From Hydrolagus affinis (taxonomy: Eukaryota), in contig JAAILG010000938.1 of NCBI GenBank assembly GCA_012026655.1, positions 1 through 64,000 on the forward strand: a stretch of 64,000 bases of DNA. The letters run 5' to 3'. This document shows, piece after piece, positions 11,690-22,643 of this stretch. The position numbers and the translations under genes are program-made. The notes under the pieces are model-generated. The model did not search any database. It saw only the letters and a list, made by a program, of their open reading frames with translations, and was not told where the DNA came from. Each line of letters begins with the position of its first letter. Position 1 is the first letter of the stretch.

Positions 11690-13877
11690 TAAAAATATGT
11701 CTGTTTACATAGCTAGGCAGCTGAGAACCATGACATGCACAGTGTGTGTCATGTGGGAACATCCGGATGCTTTGTGTAACCTGGACAATCATGTATGCAG
11801 TAAATGCCTGCGGCTGTTCGAGCTTGAGCTCAAGATTTCTAGCTCGAAGAGAGACTGGAGTCACTCCATTGTACATGGGAGGCTGAGGATTTCATGGAAC
11901 AAATATTTCAGGAGATGGTCACCCCACAGCCACCGAGGGTTCAGAGGGAGAGTGACTGGGTGTCAACCCGGCATAGTAGGAAGAGGTGACAGGCAGTATA
12001 GAAATCCCCCGAAAGCGTGGCACTCTCAAACCATTACTCTGTACTGAATAGTGAGGACGTTGATACCTTGGGGGAAGAGTAGTAAAAATCAATTGGATGA
12101 ACAGGGGGACATAAGGAAGAGTGTAAATGCGGTTGTGATTGGGCATACAACAGTAAATGGTATAGACGGGCATTTCTGCAAGACATGAGTCTCGGATGGT
12201 ATGTTGCCACTCTGGTGCCAGGGTTGAAGGCATCACAGAACGGGTGTATAAAATTCTACAGGGGGAAAGGGAAAATCTGGAAATGGTGGTCTATGTTGGG
12301 ATACATGAAAAAAGGCTTCAGGTTCCTGGATCATTGGGACCAGTTCTTGTGCAGGTGGAACCTGTACACGATGGATGGGTTACACCTAAACAGGGCTGGG
12401 ACCAACGTCCTTGCAGGGAGGTCATCTAGTGCTGTAGGAGAGGGTTTAAACTAATTTCAAGGCCTGAAGGGAGTGCAACAAGCAGGGGTCCAGAAAAAGG
12501 AGGGATAAGATGGAGGAGAAATGCAGAACAGGCTAAATTGGTCTTGGAGTGCATGTGCCTAAATGCATGGAGTGTGACAAACAAGATTGGTGAGCTGCAG
12601 ACTCAAGTGCCGCAGGGGGATATGATGTAGTAGCAGTAACGGAGACTTGGCTCAGGAATGGGAGCTGTATATTCTTGGCGATAATGTATTCAAGAGGGAT
12701 AGGGAAGGGAAAAAAGGAGTAGGGGTGGCAATATTAATTAAAGACACGATTTCAGGAACGAGGAAAGGGACAAGGTGCTAGAGGGCCTAAAAACAGAATC
12801 TATCTGGTTAGAGTTAAGGAACAAAAAGAGAGCTGTTACACTGTTAGGGGTATACTATAGACCACCAAATAGTGGGAATGAGATAGATGAGCAGATCTGC
12901 AAGCAGATTTCAGATGCAAAGTCAATAGAGTAGTGATAATGGGGGACTACAATTATCCCAACATAGACTGGCAAAATAACAGCATAAAGGGCAAGGAGGA
13001 GGAAGGATTCCTGAAATGTGTACAGGAGAACTTTCTGCTCTTTTTAATATATATAAATGATCTGGACTTGGGTATACGGAGTACAATTTCCAAGTTTGCA
13101 GATGATACCAAGTTAGGAAAAGTAGTAAATAATGAGGAGGATATAGCAGACTACAAGAGGACTTAGACAGAATGGTAAAATGGGCAGACACATGGCAGAT
13201 GAAGTTTAATGTGGAGAAATGTGAGGTTATGCATTTTGGGAGGAAGAATGAGGAGAGTCAATATAGACTTGACAGTACAATCTTAAGGGAGGTGAAGGAA
13301 CAGAGAGACCTGGGGTAGAGCAGAAAAGGTTACGAGGAGACCTAATATAGATTTCCAAAATCATGAGGGGCTGAAGGGGCTCATAGCTGAAGACCTTTCT
13401 CTTCGACCATGCTATTGGTCACTTTTCTGCCCCTGCCCCGTCCTGGGATCCGCTATTGTAAAGCGCTCTGAGATGCCGTCCGGCGTGGAGGGCGCTATAT
13501 AAATCAAAGTTGTTGTTGTTGTGGTTGTTGTTATGCAGATTCGATAAGGTAAACAGGGGGAAAAAAAAATTCCACTGGTGGATGTAAAATAGTTTCTAAA
13601 AGAAGCAGAGAGGAGACAAGAGAAATGTTTTCACACATGTGAATTGTTCGATTCTGGAATACATTGCCTGAAAGGGTGGTGTAGGCTGGTTTGATAACAA
13701 CTTTTAAAAGAGAGGTGGATGGTTATTTGGGGAGGACAGATTCGTGGGGTTATTGGGAGAGAGCAGGGGAGTGGAATTGACTTTTGAATAGCTCTTTTCA
13801 AAGAGCCGGCACAACCTCAATGGGCTGAATGTCCCCTTTATGCTGTAAAGAATGCTGTAAAATTCTTTGATTCTATG
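11690..13877 (+). mobile_element. Internally deleted CR1 LINE: ORF1 (zinc finger + SGNH esterase), endonuclease, RT end and 3' UTR
   Basis: CTVCVMWE...HVCSKC; RMVCCHSGARVEGITER; FLDHWDQF...DGLHLNRAGTNVLAGR; endonuclease motifs TETWL, YRPP, MGDYNYPNIDW joined directly to LFLIYINDLD...SKFADDTKLG; attctatga tail. Confidence 0.9.
13380..13532 (+). mobile_element. L2 subfamily B 3' end inserted in the CR1
   Basis: gcgctctgagatgccgtccggcgtggagggcgctatataaatcaaag(ttg)n. Confidence 0.85.
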
Positions 13878-15022
13878 ATATAAGAGTTATGCTATTATGT
13901 TCCAGCCATTGGGTGTTTTACAGAACATATAGGTTCCGAATGCTTTGCAATGTTGCCAAGAGTGCAATTTTTAAGACAGCAACAAAGTGATTTATAATGA
14001 AGAAGAGAAGTGAGGCACTTGTATTTATTATTGTTAGTGTTCACGTTGTTTAACTCAGGTTCATTTTTCATCAACAAATTAATTTGACTTGACACTGTTG
14101 AGGTAATTTTCAAATTTCCTAGTATCTGCTCATGGAGCTAATGTTATCAGAATAAACTACAATGCACAAGTCAATTTATTGAAGCCTAATGAACAAGCAA
14201 TGTAATGGAATCTGTGCCAAACTCTGCAACATTCATTCTCATTAATCTTCACACTTGCTGCAATATATATATATATACAGTACATATAAATATCACTCAA
14301 GAGGTGTGCATTATTTAAAGGCATTGCCTTTCCTGAATGGTGGTCACTTCTCACAGACCATTTCTTTGAAACCTAAAAAAAGCAAAATCAGCCACAGGCA
14401 ATATTTTCATCCAGCCCATTATTCTTGATGCAATTGGAGTGGTTATAGCAACTATGACTGAAGTAATTTACCCTTTTACCTATTTACCCTTAAGCACCAC
14501 AGGTGTAGAGGTATACACAGAGGCAGTATGTATGCTAGGTTGGAACAAGATGAGACATTCAACAACAGGTGTTGTTCATCTAAGAATTTTGCACTGGCTT
14601 AAGTTACCTGTTAAAAAAAAAGTTAGATGCTGCTTCCAAGCTTATAAAAATGCAGTATACTTCACTCATATTCCTCACTCAGTCTAAACTGGAAAGATTT
14701 CAGAAGCTCCAACTATTGTACCAAACCTGCAGTGTGTTCAGACCAAGAAATACTCAATAATTATTGACTGAAAATTATCTGTTGATCTATAATGAATAAT
14801 TTTGCAAATATGGCCTCAAGGAGACAAATAATTGAAGGGGAAAAAATTGAAGGAGGAAAATTGGAAAAACAGCTTTGAAAAAGAACTCTTGCTCTGTATC
14901 CACCAACAAGTTGGTATGAACTCCTCAAATTTTCAGTTGCAAATGAAGATCGAGGATCAGGGATCAGGGAGGGATTTTGAAGGAGGTAGTTGGGGGTGGA
15001 GAAGAGATGTTTGGGGTTCCGG

Positions 15023-15502
15023 CACCAAGCTCCGTGATCACATCACTCCCACCCTCACCAAGCTACATTGGCTCCCACCCCTCAGAGAATCGAATTCAAG
15101 ATCCTCGACCTCACTTTCAAGGCCAGTCACGGCCTTTCCCCCTCCTATCTCTCCAACCAGCTGACTCCCTATGAACCTGTCCGCCTCCGTTCAGCGGGCT
15201 CCAATCTGCTCCATGTCCCCCGCCAAACGCGCCCTACCATCAGTGAACGGGCTTTCAGCCTCTCTTCCCCCACACTCTGGAACTCCATCCCACAGTCTCT
15301 TTGCCTCACTTCTTTCTTTGCCTCCTTCAAGGCTGGTCTCAAGCCCCTCCTCTTCGATCGTGCCTTCTGCCGCCCTCACAATTCTCTCCCTCCCTTCCCC
15401 ACTCTCTTCCTCCACTCCCCCTTGCTTGGGTCCCAACGTGACTGTTCAGTGCCTTCGGACGTCCTCCCGACGTGAAAGGCGCACTATAAATGTAATTTTG
15501 TT
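15023..15502 (+). mobile_element. L2 LINE 3' fragment, subfamily A
   Basis: HITPTLTKLHWLP / RIEFKIL..TFKA.HGLSPSYLS...RAFS...PTLWNSIP; stem-loop tail. Confidence 0.9.
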
Positions 15503-16525
15503 CCCTTTGTTCTCAGAAATGACCATGAAATATTGGAAATCCTTAGCTGGACAGGTGGAGAGGCCACACTGCTTGATGTTGTTAAACCAAAGCTGGTGGA
15601 GATACTAGTCCAGTTGTACTCTAAGTACACTGTATCATACAGGCTTTGGATTTAAATCCATGGAGCTGACTGCTATACCAGGAGACAATGAGTAATCCAG
15701 TAGGAATGAGGATTGCAGATATCTAACCTGCAATTCTATGTTTGTGAATTTGATTTCTGGCTTTAAACATCTCTGCTACTGCAGAAATGAAAGCAGGAGC
15801 TTGGTTTCCTCTGACCCTGTTCTACCTAGGCTGGTTTTATTGAAGCAAGGGAAATCAAATGTGCACTCATGAGTAGAAATTAACAGTGTAAATGCCACTG
15901 AGTAACTCGGGCAGAACAGCCTGTGATACTGTGGTGAATTGTGAGATATTTGTTTGTAGGTTAGGCAAGGGGAGAAATACCTATTTACTACAATAGTTCT
16001 GTATTAATCGGGAGCATAAATCACTAAGTTTTCCTTATTTTCCTGTTAGCTGCACCCACTGAAGACTTTTCAATCCTTTTCTGTGCCATTTGTAAAAAGT
16101 CCTGCAGTTTTATTTGTGTAGTTGCAACAAGTAGATATGTTGAGGTACTTTGAATACGATTTTTCATACTGCTAATTAGAATATTCAATTTTTCCTCATT
16201 GCTTTTACTCAACTACTTTCCATAACATTTTCCCTAATACTGTACCTGTGAAATAAATACTGTAATGTAATATGTGCATGTACAGATTTTGCTGTACTTA
16301 AAAAATCTGCAAATAAACAAGGGGAGTAAATTTGATCATTGTTGCAAGCCCACTGCGCACAAATTACAAGCTACAGTACATGGCTTTGGTGCAATATCAT
16401 TGTAACAACAACAAATTACATTTGTACAGTGCCTTTCACATCAACAGGACATTCAATGGCAAATTATAACTCTGGTGTGATAAGCTCTTACCATAAGAAA
16501 CAATAAATCTGCGCAACAACAGTTA

Positions 16526-16880
16526 GTGATATCCCCATTCTCTCATCCACCCACAAAGAAAATAATTGACATCCCCATGGTAATAATCCTTCCATTTGAT
16601 AGAGCACCTTATCACAGCATTGAGACATTGAAAAGTGTTCCCAGGATATACTGTAAATTGCAATGACTATATTTTGAAGGCAAACACATTAGCCAATTTG
16701 GGCACAGCATTGTATCACAGACGGCCATAATCATCTCCTCCCACAACTTCCTCCTCCAAAAATCATTGACATCCCCATTCTCTCCTGCCCCACCGTGAAA
16801 ATCAGTGAATCCCCGTTATTCTCCTTTCCACTCCCCACATAAAAAATCTGTATAAACCCCATTCTTTCATTCATCTCCTA
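16526..16880 (+). repeat. Degenerate ~40-bp tandem repeat interrupted by a Deu-SINE tail (16582-16730, minus)
   Basis: About 5 units of aaaat(c)attgacatccccattctctc...ccac. Confidence 0.6.
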
Positions 16881-19772
16881 TTCAGCCGTGCATGTTGATG
16901 ACTCCCCAAACTACATCAGCACTAATATCAACCTGCTGGGTGTTAATGATTCGTACATTGGACTGTTTCCCAAAATATACACATGTGCCTTGTCAAAGAA
17001 AAGTGCTTGTTTTGCTTTATTGTGCTTTTCTCATTTTCCTCAGGGTTTACTGTAAGTTCAATCTAGGACAAGGTTTTCTTCCCCAAACTGACAAATTGCA
17101 GCCAATTCCTGAATTTTGACAATTGCCAGATGTGTACTTAGGACAGTTCCACAAAATTGCAGAAAATCATTGCCAAATTGTTTTCTTCTGGTAACTTTAT
17201 TGAGTTCAATAAAGTTCAGGGTTGAGTAAGTGTGACTTTTGAAAAAAAATTTTGCAAAGCGCAAGAGCAAAACAGGATAGCTTGAAGGCATGCATGTGTT
17301 GTGCGTGTGTATGCGTGTCATTGTGGTGTGAGTATGCCTTGTGTGTGCTGTGTGTGGACCAATTTTAAATCCAGTGCCTTGGGACATCCTTCCGACATGA
17401 ATGGCGCTATACAAATGTTATTTGTTGTGGATGTTATTAAAACAATGCTTTAAAAATAAAATAAAACATTAAATGTTTTTATTTTTGTTCCTCCTTCTGT
17501 AAAGGTATTACAATAGTAGATGCTATATTTGGTGAAAAATGAATGTTCTCATGGCTTCTACCCAATCACTGGTGGAGTCTGTGAGGAGGTGTAATCTAAT
17601 CTGTCCCCACATTAGTTTTCTCTCATTGTCTAGAAACAGATTTGAGTCTCCTGTCGATTCAGCTGTATGGAATAGAAACAGCCTTGTCACTCAGCGTCTC
17701 ATTTGCACTTAGCAGAAGGTAATCCACACACAAAAGAAGCTGGCATCTCATTCAAAATCAACAGCACAGTCAGGGACTTTTAGAAATCTGCAATTAGAGT
17801 AATTTGCACATCCTTCTAGTGTAAACATTGTGGAGGCATAAGAGGGGGAAGCTTGCCGTGTGTTTTCAAAGGCAAGTGGTCGGAAATTTTAAATAGGCTT
17901 CACTCAATCTTAAGTGTACAGAGAAATCTTTCTGTATGTCTCTGAACCTTTGATGTGAGAAAAGAAATTAATAACTGGAACACATAGATTGCAATATTAG
18001 TTGGTTTTCCTTCCAGGTTCAAGCTGAGGCAATAGATTGACAGAATACAGTCACAGCTGTGGGTTCAGGTTTCAAATGTCTAGTCTATTTTTTCTCTGGG
18101 TTGGGGTATGGATAGATTCATTTTCCATCATCATCCGATTAGCCTGACAGCTTGGTATCAGGCAAGTGCCTTTCTAAGCTGAAGTAAGAGCACTGGCTGA
18201 GCTCTGAAAAACAACCCCTTGGTATTAATAAATGTCATTCTCAACTCTTGGAGCAGTTGGCCATGAATGCAATAAAGAAGCCAGCTTTTTTTTGATCTGT
18301 CCACTGGGACCTAGTTTCCTCTGCTCCAGCTCACAATCCACAATCTGGCTCAAGATAAATGTGCAGCGTTCCATTAATAAGATCAGAAATAAACTAGTGT
18401 AACTGCTAAACCTCATTGTTGTACCTATTGTTTCTCAATCTTCATTCGGTTTTGACTCGCAGATTCTATTTCATTTTTTTTCTCATTTTGAGCTAATCCA
18501 TATGAAATTTACATTGTGCTGGAGCCATTTTTCTGTTTTCAATAAAGTGAATAGCAGGCAAATTGAACGGATAAATTGAGAATACAGATGGCCATTATGA
18601 AGGAAACATTGTTTGGTTCCCTGAAATTACAATAATGATGCCCCCAGATGATTCCTGAGTCTGTGTTTCCGATGTGACAGATTTATATTGCCATAATTCC
18701 CTGCTGGATTTTTGTCAACTCCTATCACATAGCTGCTGGATATGCTGGAGAGCTAAGAGGAAAGCTGCATGAATGTCACAGCAGAAACTAACTGCAGTTC
18801 TCCTTATCCTTTCATTAAGGATTGTACGCTGGAGAGTGAGTAGTGGTTTGGAACAATTCTGACATTTTTTTCACAATAGACACAAAAATTAATTAGTTTT
18901 TTTTTCCCCACGCAAATAAAGATATGAAGAGAGGGTTTTATTTTCTCCTCCGTCATACCCAGGACACTTGAGTGATTTTAATTGCCTGAGAGGTTATGAC
19001 TTAATTTTAATCCAAATGCCTCTTCAAGTCATATGTAACACATGAAATCTCATACTCACATTTTGCACCCACTCAATTAATTTAACAAGACTGGGGTCGT
19101 CAATTCTGGTTTCTGCACAGCACGTTAAAGAAAAAGAAATATTTCCCTGCTTCTTTCCATTGCAGTCCCTGTTTATCAAAATAATAAAGCTATTATACGA
19201 TCTGCTGCAGGCTAGAGATATTCTATTTCCATAACATTACCGTATGCTGTGTGTGTTTCTTTCATTCTGCGCATTATACGGCTTTAAATTCACATCTGAA
19301 TTCAGTTTAAGAAACAAATTGCTTATGCTTATGAAGGCTTAAATATTTTCATATGCCATTTGCGAGGTTCGATGATCAGATTTTTTTTCAGGGTACGCAG
19401 CAGCAAGCAACTTGCTTCACAGCTGAGTAAGATCACAAAATGAGAGGATCATTACTGACATGAAACTGATTCTTGTTTGTTTGTGTACTCACGGAACGCT
19501 CCCTTTCGAGTTCTACCTGAGTGGCAAAATGTCACAGATAACAGCAATATGTGGCAGGCATTATCTAACAAGAATTCCCTGCAGAGATTGAAACCCTGCT
19601 TGTCATTTTTACTGTAGATTATAGCAGCCACAAGTGAGTAAACGCTGACAGTGCTCCCGTTATGTGGATCTAGTTTTTAAAAAAAGTACACCTAATTTGG
19701 CAGGCTAGCCTTTTTTGTTTATCCTATGATGATACACAGAGAATGGATTAGGCCTGTCCCGTACAAACATAT

Positions 19773-19875
19773 GGGGAGAAATTCCACCAAGGCTCAGATT
19801 TATTTCATTTTTCTTTTTTCTTTTCTTTTTCTGGCAAATTCTTCATTACAATTTAAATTTTGAAGCTGGTTTTCA
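19773..19875. mobile_element. Partial copy of the GGG-ended palindromic MITE seen at 52691-52917
   Basis: ggggagaaattccacc...cagatttattt...ggcaaattcttcatt...taaattttgaagctgg shared with that element. Confidence 0.55.
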
Positions 19876-20669
19876 ACCACAACTTGCATTTATGTGGTGT
19901 CCCTCACCCTGTGTAGCATCTCAGAGCACAGAAGCCCACTGACCATTGGAAAATGATGAACGAGTCTCAAATAAATCTGAGAAAACTGGGCAATGTCTAA
20001 CCACTCAGTAATAATTCCCAGCCAAACTACCATTCAATTCAATCCACTGTCTACATTGTTTAGAACAGTTTCCAAACCAGCCATTCATTGCCAATGGAAG
20101 CCTTGCAAAGTTGGTGCATTTCAAATCTATTACCAGCTAGCGGTTAAGTGACTCTACACATCTTGAAGGGAAGTCTTGATTTGTTCCTGAGAGTTAAATA
20201 TTCTTTCTGGTGTTCTACCAGGACGGCCACCAGATCTAGAAATAGAATTTAAGGATTTTGATGTTTGGGCATTTTGAATTCCTGGTTTGATTCCAAACAA
20301 AGCGTCTGCTGCAAATTGTTTGTGGAAGAAGAGAAGCTGATGTTTCCTCAATCCAGCAATTCTTCAAAAAAGCATGTATAAGATAATAATAATAATAATC
20401 CTTGCATTTGATACAACACTTTAACATGTCTGTAACACTCTTGCTACCATTATGTGAAGGATTAAAATAAACAATCTAACGACAACCTACTTTCCACATT
20501 TAATCATAACATTGTTTAAGATGTGTTGCTTTGCTGTTTGTTTGCAATCATGAGGGAAGAATAAAGTTTGATGAAGAAATGTCCCAAATGTTAGGATCTT
20601 GTTTCTGTAATTTACCATCTTGATTTAGAATGGGCAGGTGGGTGGGAGGAAGCAATGTTCTTTCTCATC

Positions 20670-20878
20670 AGTTCCTTCAAGGCTGGTCTCAAGACCCTCC
20701 TCTTCAATCATGCCTTCTGCTGCCCTCCCAATTCTCTCCCTCCCCTCCTAACTCACTTCCGCCCCTCCCCGCTACCCTGCCCCTCTCTCTTGCTCGAGTC
20801 CCATCCTGACTGTTCAGCGCCTTGGGACGTCCTCCCAACATGAAATGTGCTCTATAAGTGTAATTTTGTTGTTGTTGT
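20670..20878 (+). mobile_element. L2 3' fragment, subfamily A
   Basis: SFKAGLKTLLF, then 3' UTR, stem-loop and (TTG)n. Confidence 0.85.
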
Positions 20879-21769
20879 GGTTCATAAGTTTTATGTCCTG
20901 CCAGAAGAGCCAACTTGCAGTTGTGCATTTCACATCATAGAAGAACATCTCCAAGTGCTTCACACAGATTTAGAGACACTGGGTATGAGCTGGAATAGGA
21001 TGGAAGCCCAAGCAAGGTGAGAACGGTAGGAGGGGGAGTAAAAGAAAAGTAGCATATTCAATTAGCATGGAATACTGTACTTTCTCTATGACTATAATTG
21101 CATCTGTGCTGTGTTAACTCTGATTCAGCTAAGAAAACTATAGTCACGTAATCCTGTACTCTAATACAATCAGTAATTCCTATTCAGGTAATAGCCCCTT
21201 AGAATATTTTTAAGATAAATTGAAGCTGATGTTCAGAGTGCAACCCTGCAATAACATCTGGTTCTATGCATCTGGCAAACTTACTTTGCTTTGAAGTGAG
21301 CCAAACCTCTAGAACAAAACCTGACCAACCAACACATAGCTTAGGATCACACTTTATGGTTGGTATTTACACATATGTTTGAACACTGGCCAGACTGCTG
21401 AGAAGCTGGCTCTCGCTAGTGCATGAATCATCATTGCAATATTCATCATTTTAAGGGGAAAAAAAACATGATGTCTGCAATCTACAAAGGAGATTTCAGT
21501 CATTAAAGGAATAACGAACGGCACACCACTGAAAAGTACCAGAACCTGTGCTTTTGTACATTAGGGGAATGATAGAGCAGTTGCATGCATTTGGTGGAAA
21601 GGAAATGAAATGGAATGTACAAATTAATGTTTTTATTGTATAACCTATTGAATGCAGCCAGCTCTTCTGAAATTGTTCCATTAAATGTTTATGAATAATT
21701 CAAGAAGTTAGAGTCTCAAAACGGGATTTGCCTTCAGGTTATCTGCAACTAATAAGTCTCTTTCTTACC

Positions 21770-21815
21770 TCTGTCTGCTTGTCTGTCTGTCTGTCTGTCT
21801 GCCTGCTTGCCTGTT
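21770..21815. repeat. (TCTG)n/(CCTG)n microsatellite
   Basis: Read directly. Confidence 0.85.
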
Positions 21816-21991
21816 TACTTAATTTAGCTATCTTTCTTTTTATGTTTACGTCTCATTCTCTCTTGCCAAATATTTGCATCTTTCACTTTCTGGATCATAG
21901 TTAGGGTGACAATGTATCCCCCAACTCTGGAATAGTTCTCAATAAGCTATTGTGTCCTTAGCCAAATTTTCTTTATCTTGAGTTCTACAAC

Positions 21992-22643
21992 AATAATAAT
22001 AATCCTTACATTTGATATAGCGCCTTTTCACATTTTTTAGACATCTCCAAGAAGTTCACAGAATATACTGTAAATGAATTGACTGTATATATGTTGGCAA
22101 AACACGGCAGCCAATTGCATACAGCAATGTCCTAGAAACAGTTATGGATTGAGTGACAAAATTATTATTGTTTTATTTTTTGGAGGGATTTTGTGGAGTT
22201 CCTGTGGCTCAGTGGTTAGAGCACTTGTCTTGCAAGCTGGGGAGACCAAGCTGGGGAGACCTGTGTTCGAATCCAGGCAGGTCAGGGCGAAACCTTGGGC
22301 AAGTTTCTTTACTCCACACGCCTAATAATAATCCCTCCAAACAAACCACAATAATAATTGGTCATTTCAATCCACAACTGTGTGTGGGACACTGCTGTGC
22401 GCAATTGGCTGCCGCAATTCGCCCACAAATATATACAGTCAATTCACCTTACAGTATATTCTATGAAGCGCTTTGGGACATTGATAAGATGTAGAAAGCG
22501 CTATATCAAATGCAAGGATTATTATTATTATTATTATTATCATCATCAGGCGTGTGGAGTAAGGAAACTTGCCCAAGGTTTCTCCTATCAGGAATCGAAC
22601 TCTCTCATGTGCAAGTGCTCTAACCATTGAGTTACAGGACTCC
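21992..22643 (-). mobile_element. Young SINE (minus) split in two by an antisense copy of the same family
   Basis: Tail and body at 21992-22190; head at 22545-22643. Confidence 0.9.
22192..22540 (+). mobile_element. Young SINE, short variant, full length
   Basis: tgtggagttcctgtggctcagtggttagagc...gttcgaatcc...(tat)n; 14-bp tandem duplication caagctggggagac in the head. Confidence 0.9.

Noticed and set aside
16526-16880. CRISPR-like array
   Set aside because: Eukaryotic context, degenerate units, no unique spacers and no cas genes
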